Part shown: one piece after another, positions 33,901-39,877 of the stretch | Position numbering within the stretch: position 1 is the stretch's first letter | Layout of the letters: every line of letters starts with the position of its first letter | IMG/VR virus record: IMGVR_UViG_3300045988_081349 | Coordinates: 1 to 41,331 of that record | Direction: 5' to 3' (one strand) | From: a virus | Length of the DNA stretch: 41,331 bases | The notes under the pieces: generated by a model | The model's input: only the letters and a program-made list of their open reading frames with translations | Told to the model about the DNA's origin: nothing | The model's database searches: none | Position numbers and translations under genes: made by a program

Positions 33901-34302
33901 ATGTGGAAAATCAGGTTGAATAAAGGCGAAGAATTTGAAGTCACAGAAGATGGTGTTCAGGCCTTGGATAATATACTCACTATAAATTTATTTGCAAACG
34001 AAAAGAATATTGTTGAGTTTGAGGAACTGTTCGAAAACACTGAAAACACTAAAAAAATTCAGTTAATTGACCATGATGGTAGCACTTTTTTGTCCCATTT
34101 AGGGTATACAAAATTGCTAAGTATAAAAAAGCAGATGGAGGCTATTGTGGATTACACACAGGACGAGGAAGGAAATTCGGTACCTGTTATAGGCGTTGCC
34201 ATTATTGTGGAGCTGCAGAGGCCGGACGAGACGGAGGCCCGTATAGCTGCCCTGGAGGAAACTGTTGACACCCTGGTGCTTGATAGCCTGGGGATTGCGT
34301 AA
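33901..34302 (+). CDS. Hypothetical fibre-associated protein (XkdW position)
   Basis: A 133-aa AT-rich ORF directly upstream of the XkdX-like ORF. Confidence 0.55.
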   Translation: MWKIRLNKGEEFEVTEDGVQALDNILTINLFANEKNIVEFEELFENTENTKKIQLIDHDGSTFLSHLGYTKLLSIKKQMEAIVDYTQDEEGNSVPVIGVAIIVELQRPDETEARIAALEETVDTLVLDSLGIA

Positions 34303-34317
34303 GGAGGTATATACAAT

Positions 34318-34434
34318 ATGTTTGAGACAATTGTAAGACTATACAAAAAGACTGGAAATGCAGAAGTAGTGGAAAAGGCAGCCGCAAAAGGCTGGATCAG
34401 CCAGGAAGAAAAGACAAGCATCCTTGCCGGTTAA
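34318..34434 (+). CDS. xkdX: XkdX-family small protein
   Basis: This ORF is too short for the ORF track. It translates to MFETIVRLYKKTGNAEVVEKAAAKGWISQEEKTSILAG (38 aa), with RBS AAGGAGG. The ..KGWI(S/T).EE...I pattern is characteristic of XkdX. Confidence 0.65.
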   Translation: MFETIVRLYKKTGNAEVVEKAAAKGWISQEEKTSILAG

Positions 34435-34459
34435 TCTTCCAGGCGGGAAGGAGACGGCA

Positions 34460-35098
34460 ATGATTATAGCAAAATTTTGCAGTGATGGGCAATATTATAA
34501 AACAATATATGGGCTGGCACAATGGGATTACGGCCAGGTACTGCAGGTGTACGGGCTTAATCTGCCAGAGATGACTGATATCCATATGGTGGAAGAATTT
34601 GGGGATATGTCTTTTACGATCCTGGGCCACAGAAATGAAGACGGCAGCACATCTGCAAGTATTCCGGACATCCTGCTCCAGAGCGGCAAAAACATTGTTG
34701 CTTACATTTATGTTTGCGATGATGGACAGGGAGAAACTTTACGGACAATCCTGATGCCTGTAAAAAAACGTGCAAGACCAGAAAACTATGACGGATCGTC
34801 ATTGACTCCCATGCAGGAGATCCTAAATGAATTGCACTGCCGTGCGGATGACCTTAATATCCAGGAGGATATCCTGCAGCTTATGTCTGAGGGGCAGCCA
34901 ATTGGCACCCGAATCAGGCTGCCAGTCCAAGAGCGGGAAATCGAACTCAAAAATGATGGTACTGATATCAAATGGCGTTATACAGACAGCAATGAGTGGA
35001 ACAGGCTGGTGGCCCTGGAGGATATCCGAGGGCCGGCAGGAGAGACCCCGGAATTTGAAATCAGAGATGGACATTTATATGCATTATATCAAAAGTAA
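34460..35098 (+). CDS. Tail fibre / baseplate upper-protein-like protein
   Basis: The start MIIAKF has an AGGAG RBS. The C-terminus RGPAGETPEFEIRDGHLYALYQK is shared with the other fibre proteins. Confidence 0.55.
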   Translation: MIIAKFCSDGQYYKTIYGLAQWDYGQVLQVYGLNLPEMTDIHMVEEFGDMSFTILGHRNEDGSTSASIPDILLQSGKNIVAYIYVCDDGQGETLRTILMPVKKRARPENYDGSSLTPMQEILNELHCRADDLNIQEDILQLMSEGQPIGTRIRLPVQEREIELKNDGTDIKWRYTDSNEWNRLVALEDIRGPAGETPEFEIRDGHLYALYQK

Positions 35099-35112
35099 AG
35101 GAGAGATGAGAT

Positions 35113-35883
35113 ATGGCAAGAGAAATTGATTTAGGCAGTATTGTAGGACCGCAGGGGCCAAAAGGAGAGAAAGGGGAAACGGGAGCTCAGGGACCCGCAG
35201 GGCCAAAAGGAGAAAAAGGGGACCCGGGAGCAACTACAGCGGGAGGCGTAAGCTATAAGGACATAGATGTGGAAAAGGCGCTGGACGACTTAATAAAAAG
35301 AATGGATGATGTCCAGTATATAAAAATCCAGATATCCTCCTTTACGAACAATGTTAACACGGTGGAAATGGGAAGCACTGTGAACACGGTTGTATTAAGC
35401 TGGGCAACAAATAAGACGCCGAAAACCTTAACCCTGGACGGTGCAGCCTTAGATGTAAGCCTGAAAACAAAGACTATTGAAAATGCAAATATTAAAGCAA
35501 ACAAGACTTATACCCTGAAAGCTACAGATGACAGGGAAGCAGAAGCTACAAAGACATCATTAATCCAGTTTTTAAATGGTGTGTATTATGGTGCGGCGGC
35601 AAATGCATCTGCTTTTGATAGTGCTTTTGTTTTAAAACTCACCAAGGCATTGCAAAACAGCAAGGCAAAAACATTTACAGTAACGGCATCACCTGGGCAG
35701 CATATATATTATGCGATTCCTTCCAGATACGGCACACCAGCCTTTAAAGTAGGTGGCTTTGACGGAGGATTTACAAAGGCAGCAACTATTGACTTTACAA
35801 ATGCATCTGGCCATAAAGAATCCTATGATATCTGGAAATCTGACAATGCAGGGCTTGGCAATACCACAGTTGTAGTAGCGTAA
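35113..35883 (+). CDS. Collagen-like repeat tail fibre protein 3
   Basis: A Gly-X-Y tract spans 35146-35229, followed by a globular C-terminal domain. Confidence 0.7.
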   Translation: MAREIDLGSIVGPQGPKGEKGETGAQGPAGPKGEKGDPGATTAGGVSYKDIDVEKALDDLIKRMDDVQYIKIQISSFTNNVNTVEMGSTVNTVVLSWATNKTPKTLTLDGAALDVSLKTKTIENANIKANKTYTLKATDDREAEATKTSLIQFLNGVYYGAAANASAFDSAFVLKLTKALQNSKAKTFTVTASPGQHIYYAIPSRYGTPAFKVGGFDGGFTKAATIDFTNASGHKESYDIWKSDNAGLGNTTVVVA

Positions 35884-35895
35884 GGGAGGAAAGAC

Positions 35896-36933
35896 ATGGC
35901 AATTGAATTAATCTCAAAAATTAAACCCAAAAACAACGGGACATTTAAGTTGGTAGACGCAGAAGACATTGAATACAACGGAAAGAGCTTAGCGGAAGCG
36001 ATTGCCTCCGGAGAATTTAAAGGCGATAAAGGTGACAAAGGAGATACTGGCGCAGCAGGAGCAAAAGGCGAGACAGGTGCTCAGGGGCCACAGGGTAAAC
36101 AGGGCGAGACTGGCCCGACAGGTCCGAAAGGTGATACGGGTGCAACCGGAGCAAAAGGTGCGGACGGTACAACATGGCTGTTTGGCGCTGCAGCACCGAC
36201 AACACAGGGAAAAGACGGAGACTTTTATCTGAATTCAGCCAATTTTGATGTATATAAAAGGGCATCAGGAGCCTGGGCGAAGACAGGTAATATCAAAGGT
36301 GCGACTGGTGCACAGGGTCCGAAAGGAGATACCGGAGCAACAGGAGCACAGGGTCCGAAGGGAGACACCGGAGCGACCGGTGCTACAGGCCCAAAGGGGG
36401 CTACAGGTGCTACAGGCCCGCAGGGGCCTGCCGGTGAAGCTTTCACGATCGCAAAGACCTATGCCAGTATCAGTGCTATGAACAGCGGTTATGCTTCTGA
36501 CGGTGTGAAGGTTGGCCAGTTTGTTATGATCGACACCGGAAACGTCAATGATGCAGATAACGCGAAGCTGTATGTAAAAGGCTCATCGGCATACACCTAT
36601 ATCACAGACTTGTCCGGTGCAACTGGTATGACAGGACCCCAAGGAGTGAAAGGCGCAACTGGTGCTACAGGCCCGCAGGGAGCCACAGGGCCTAAAGGTG
36701 ACAAAGGAGACGCTTTCACTTATGCGGACTTTACATCTGCCCAGTTGGCTGCATTAAAAGGGGCTAAAGGTGATACTGGTGCAACTGGCCCGCAGGGGCC
36801 AAAAGGTGATACCGGTGCTGCCGGAGCAAATGGCGCCACGGGTGCTACAGGCCCGCAGGGACCTGCCGGTGCAGACGGCAAGACACCGACTTTTGAGATC
36901 CGGAGCGGACATCTGTATGCAATCTTTGAGTAA
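35896..36933 (+). CDS. Collagen-like repeat tail fibre protein 4
   Basis: The product has four Gly-X-Y tracts. The C-terminus reads [18 protein letters not shown]. Confidence 0.75.
   Translation: MAIELISKIKPKNNGTFKLVDAEDIEYNGKSLAEAIASGEFKGDKGDKGDTGAAGAKGETGAQGPQGKQGETGPTGPKGDTGATGAKGADGTTWLFGAAAPTTQGKDGDFYLNSANFDVYKRASGAWAKTGNIKGATGAQGPKGDTGATGAQGPKGDTGATGATGPKGATGATGPQGPAGEAFTIAKTYASISAMNSGYASDGVKVGQFVMIDTGNVNDADNAKLYVKGSSAYTYITDLSGATGMTGPQGVKGATGATGPQGATGPKGDKGDAFTYADFTSAQLAALKGAKGDTGATGPQGPKGDTGAAGANGATGATGPQGPAGADGKTPTFEIRSGHLYAIFE
36022..36879 (+). repeat. Four Gly-X-Y (collagen-like) coding repeat tracts
   Basis: The tracts lie at about 36022-36168, 36298-36435, 36616-36708 and 36760-36879. 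Tract 2 contains a duplicated [12 protein letters not shown] unit. The repeats create long stop-free shadows on the opposite strand. Confidence 0.85.
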
Positions 36934-36944
36934 GGAGGAATAAT

Positions 36945-37391
36945 ATGAAAATAATTGATACTTACAATGCTATTTGGGGAACGGTAGTTGCAATATTAAG
37001 TATGGTATTTGGAGAGCATTGGATTCTGTTTATGGCATTTTTAGCCCTGAACGTGGCAGACTGGATTACTGGTTGGATGAAAAGCAGGATGGCCCATAAG
37101 GAGAATTCAGTATCTGGGTGGAAAGGAGTATTGAAGAAACTAGGATATTGGCTGATGATCATGGTTGCGTTCATCGCCAGTGCTGTTTTTATAGAAATTG
37201 GAAATGTTTTGGGAGTGAATTTACAGATTACGACACTTTTAGGATATTTTGTCCTTGCGTCTCTCCTGGTAAACGAAATCCGTTCTATTTGCGAAAATTT
37301 TGTAGAAGCGGGTTTTAATGTACCATTGGTATTAAAGAAGGGATTAGAAGTAGCAGATAAGGCAATTAATAAGGATTCAGAGGGCGAGTAA
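36945..37391 (+). CDS. Holin (phage_holin_4_1 / TcdE-like)
   Basis: The 148-aa product has multiple TM helices. It contains ADWITGWMKS..S..G..G..KK and NEIRSICENF. Confidence 0.85.
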   Translation: MKIIDTYNAIWGTVVAILSMVFGEHWILFMAFLALNVADWITGWMKSRMAHKENSVSGWKGVLKKLGYWLMIMVAFIASAVFIEIGNVLGVNLQITTLLGYFVLASLLVNEIRSICENFVEAGFNVPLVLKKGLEVADKAINKDSEGE

Positions 37392-37402
37392 TCGCTCTCT
37401 TT

Positions 37403-37416
37403 TTGCGCCGGCGCAA
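37403..37416. promoter_or_regulatory. Perfect 14-bp palindrome TTGCGCCGGCGCAA in the holin-endolysin gap
   Basis: The sequence is its own reverse complement. It lies about 20 nt upstream of the endolysin start. Confidence 0.4.
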
Positions 37417-37436
37417 CCGGCAGAAAGGAGTAACAC

Positions 37437-38408
37437 ATGACAAAGACAGAGGCAATCAATAAGATGATTCAGACCGCCAAAGCAGAGGTTGGGTACCTGG
37501 AAAAGCGAAGCAACAGTAATCTGGACAGTAAGACCGCAAACGCCGGGAGTAACAACTACACCAAATACTGGAGGGATATAGAGCCGTCCTATCAGGCACA
37601 GCCTTGGTGTGCTGTATTTGTGTCTTGGGTGCTGATGCGGGCGTTTGGACAAGCCGCCGCGAAAAAGATGTTAAAACACTGGCCATATGTGTATGTACCC
37701 ACGCTCGCCGGTAAGTTTACTAACTATGCCAACCCGCAGGTCGGTGATATCGTGATGTTTAAGCGTGGGGGCACTTTTACCCACACCGGCATTGTTACAT
37801 CTGTGTCTGGGGACTATTTTACCACCGTAGAGGGTAATACCAGCGGTGGCAGTACGATTATCGCCAACGGCGGCGGGGTATGCAGCAAGGGGTATTATAA
37901 CAGTAATCTGCCGGGGACTAAGTTTGCACGGCTTGATTGGAGTATCGTAGCTGGACAGGCATCCACGCCGACACCGAAGCCAGATGGTAAGCCGGCAACA
38001 TCCGGCAGCAATGCTGTAATCAGAGATGGTCAGATCCACTGTAATAACTTCACCGGCGCCGGCATTCCGGTTGACGGATATGACGGTCCGAAAACCCGTA
38101 AAGGAGCTGTCATGGTGCTGCAGACAGGTATTAACATGGATTACCGTGCTGGGCTTAATATAGATGGTATCTGGGGACAAGCATCGGAGCGGGCACTGGG
38201 CAGCCACTATGTTTGTAGAGGAGAGTGCCAGTACATGGTAACGGCCTTAGAGATATTGCTCATGCTCAAAGGATATAATCCAAATGGTGTGGAGTGTCCT
38301 GGCAGCTTCGGCAGCGGATTGGAGGCAGCCGTGCGGCAGTATCAGCGTGACCACGGGCTTACTGTGGATGGTATTGCAGGGTACAAGACATTTAAGAGCT
38401 TGCTGTGA
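37437..38408 (+). CDS. Endolysin: CHAP-domain amidase/peptidase plus two PG_binding_1 repeats
   Basis: The CHAP-like Cys/His pattern is QPWCAVFVSW ... FTHTGIV. The C-terminus has DGIWGQASERAL and LTVDGIAGYKTFKSL repeats. Confidence 0.9.
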   Translation: MTKTEAINKMIQTAKAEVGYLEKRSNSNLDSKTANAGSNNYTKYWRDIEPSYQAQPWCAVFVSWVLMRAFGQAAAKKMLKHWPYVYVPTLAGKFTNYANPQVGDIVMFKRGGTFTHTGIVTSVSGDYFTTVEGNTSGGSTIIANGGGVCSKGYYNSNLPGTKFARLDWSIVAGQASTPTPKPDGKPATSGSNAVIRDGQIHCNNFTGAGIPVDGYDGPKTRKGAVMVLQTGINMDYRAGLNIDGIWGQASERALGSHYVCRGECQYMVTALEILLMLKGYNPNGVECPGSFGSGLEAAVRQYQRDHGLTVDGIAGYKTFKSLL

Positions 38409-38464
38409 TCCGGCTCGACGTCGAGTCAGTAGCATAATAATAGCCCCGGTGATGAGCCGGGGCC

Positions 38465-38493
38465 TTGAAAAATAAGTTTTATGCTGTTATAAT
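38465..38493 (+). promoter_or_regulatory. Strong promoter with extended -10 downstream of the lysis genes
   Basis: TTGAAA (38465-38470), a 17-nt spacer, then TGtTATAAT (38485-38493). Confidence 0.6.
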
Positions 38494-38499
38494 TTAGTT

Positions 38500-38562
38500 G
38501 CTGGGGGAGCGGTGGCAAGCCCGCCCTCCCTTGGTATTCACTGAGCCTATCGGCTCTTTTTT
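38500..38562 (+). ncRNA. Candidate ~60-nt small RNA
   Basis: The unit lies between the 38465 promoter and the 38543 terminator. A GC-rich hairpin (GGGAGCGG..CCGCCCTCCC) precedes the terminator hairpin. It contains no ORF. Confidence 0.35.
38543..38562 (+). terminator. Rho-independent terminator
   Basis: GAGCC-tatc-GGCTC followed by TTTTTT (38557-38562). Confidence 0.7.
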
Positions 38563-38628
38563 AATTATCTTCGATACCTTTTTGCGTATCGTCTATTAAT
38601 TTGTCTACCATAATCTCCGCTTGCCCGG

Positions 38629-38656
38629 TAATTAAGTTAATCTCTTAACTTAATTA
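38629..38656. repeat. 28-bp palindrome (12-bp perfect arms, 4-bp spacer)
   Basis: TAATTAAGTTAA-tctc-TTAACTTAATTA. It sits at the predicted transcription start of the leftward promoter at 38658-38686. Confidence 0.8.
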
Positions 38657-38657
38657 T

Positions 38658-38686
38658 ATTATAAACTATTTTTGGTTTAATGTCAA
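38658..38686 (-). promoter_or_regulatory. Leftward promoter P3 of the right-arm module
   Basis: The minus strand reads TTGACATTAAACCAAAAATAGTTTATAAT (-35 TTGACA, 17-nt spacer, -10 TATAAT). Confidence 0.6.
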
Positions 38687-38700
38687 GGCTTAAATTAAAC

Positions 38701-38919
38701 TTATTTTGGTTTATTTCCTTCCTCTACATATTTAATTATGTTCCCAGGTTGCATGTCCAGTAACTCACATAATTGTTCAAGTGTTTTAATTCCAACCATA
38801 TCCCCTTTTCTTAATTTTTGCATTGCGGACTGACTCAATATGTTTTCTTTTAATATACGCGTGCTGTTGTAGCCTGATTCTTTCAAGGCATCAATAACAT
38901 TGATTTTATAAACAAGCAT
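38701..38919 (-). CDS. Small Cro/C1-type HTH regulator (HTH_26-like)
   Basis: The 72-aa product reads YKINVIDALKESGYNSTRILKENILSQSAMQKLRKGDMVGIKTLEQLCELLDMQPGNII. The RBS is AGGAGG. Confidence 0.8.
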   Translation of the reverse strand: MLVYKINVIDALKESGYNSTRILKENILSQSAMQKLRKGDMVGIKTLEQLCELLDMQPGNIIKYVEEGNKPK

Positions 38920-38941
38920 ACAGAATACCTCCTTTTCTTAT

Positions 38942-38970
38942 ATTGTAAAACCATCTTGTTTTAATGTCAA
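38942..38970 (-). promoter_or_regulatory. Promoter P2 of the HTH gene
   Basis: The minus strand reads TTGACATTAAAACAAGATGGTTTTACAAT. Confidence 0.6.
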
Positions 38971-39001
38971 TAAAATAATCCAAAAAAAGTTTAAAAACCT
39001 A

Positions 39002-39030
39002 TTGACATTAAACCATATTTGGTTTATAAT
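39002..39030 (+). promoter_or_regulatory. Rightward promoter P1 of the right-arm operon
   Basis: TTGACATTAAACCATATTTGGTTTATAAT. The spacer holds the inverted repeat AAACCA/TGGTTT. Confidence 0.65.
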
Positions 39031-39063
39031 GAAATCAAGATAAAGAACAGGAGGAAAACAAAG

Positions 39064-39516
39064 ATGAAGAAATACAACTTATCAAAAATCATGAAAAGAG
39101 CATGGGAACTGGTTAAATCATTCGGGATCACCATTTCTGACGGACTGAAAAAAGCATGGAAGGAAGTAAAAGGAATGAAGATTGAAATGTGTGTAGTGGG
39201 GAAAGAAACATTTGTGGTTGATACCACAACAGGTATCGTAACTGGAACAACTTACCACGCAAGAGATTTTTTAAAAGATAACTTTAACGCTAAGTGGAAT
39301 AAGGACTCAAAACAGTGGACCGTTGACACAGAAAAGTTTAATTCCGAAATGGAAAAATACTCAGACTACTACAAAAAATACATCGTATCAAAAAGCACAA
39401 ATGCATCAACAGCAGTAAAAACAATCGCATCAAAACAACTGGTAAATGGTAATGATGGCTTTTATAGCATCGTGACCTACACTGACGGATCAGCAGAAAA
39501 GGTTTTTATTGGATAA
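39064..39516 (+). CDS. Hypothetical protein
   Basis: The start MKKYNL has an AGGAGG RBS downstream of P1, giving 150 aa. The ORF-track start at 39019 lies inside the promoter. Confidence 0.65.
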   Translation: MKKYNLSKIMKRAWELVKSFGITISDGLKKAWKEVKGMKIEMCVVGKETFVVDTTTGIVTGTTYHARDFLKDNFNAKWNKDSKQWTVDTEKFNSEMEKYSDYYKKYIVSKSTNASTAVKTIASKQLVNGNDGFYSIVTYTDGSAEKVFIG

Positions 39517-39566
39517 TTTAAGACAAAACGTATTTATCATTCTGGCCGACCTTAACCGAAGAATTT

Positions 39567-39607
39567 AAAAAAAAAGCCGCTGGGTGAGTTGGTAGCTGTC
39601 CAGCGGC
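39567..39607 (-). terminator. Strong minus-strand terminator with no obvious minus-strand gene upstream
   Basis: GCCGCTGG (39576-39583) pairs with CCAGCGGC (39600-39607). A run of nine A on the plus strand (39567-39575) gives T9 after the hairpin on the minus strand. Confidence 0.55.
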
Positions 39608-39664
39608 ACCAAACAAATAACATGAAAGGCACCCTTATTGTAACAAAGGGGTAGGTAAAAAACA

Positions 39665-39865
39665 ATGAGAAAATTATATGTAGTAAGCGATTGTACCAGC
39701 ACAAGGAGTTACGAAATCGAAGATGCAGAGGGAAAAAACATCCTGGATTTGGCTATGAAGTACGGCAGAGGTGAGACCGGGGAAGTCGTTGATCTGTATG
39801 AAGATGACACAAGAGTAGCAAGATGTTACTGGGATAGCCAGTACCGTAAGTACCGCAGATGTTAG
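39665..39865 (+). CDS. Hypothetical small protein
   Basis: A 66-aa ORF with a weak RBS, directly upstream of the recombinase. Confidence 0.5.
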   Translation: MRKLYVVSDCTSTRSYEIEDAEGKNILDLAMKYGRGETGEVVDLYEDDTRVARCYWDSQYRKYRRC

Positions 39866-39877
39866 GAGGTGGCATTG

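Noticed and set aside
32341-36933. Diversity-generating retroelement or invertase-driven fibre switching (given the serine recombinase nearby)
   Set aside because: The window contains no reverse transcriptase and no template/variable repeat pair. All fibre genes are co-oriented, and no inverted repeats flank any segment.
36962-38207. Minus-strand ORFs of 165 aa and 178 aa opposite the holin and the endolysin
   Set aside because: They are antisense to motif-verified lysis genes and have no translation signals.
38673-39015. Invertible promoter segment: inverted TGGTTTAATGTCAA / TTGACATTAAACCA copies flank the HTH gene near a serine recombinase
   Set aside because: The repeats are fully explained as the -35 and operator parts of three similar promoters, and a third copy in the same family lies at 38957-38970. 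The recombinase is not of the small invertase type. Inversion cannot be excluded without read-level data, but nothing in the sequence requires it.
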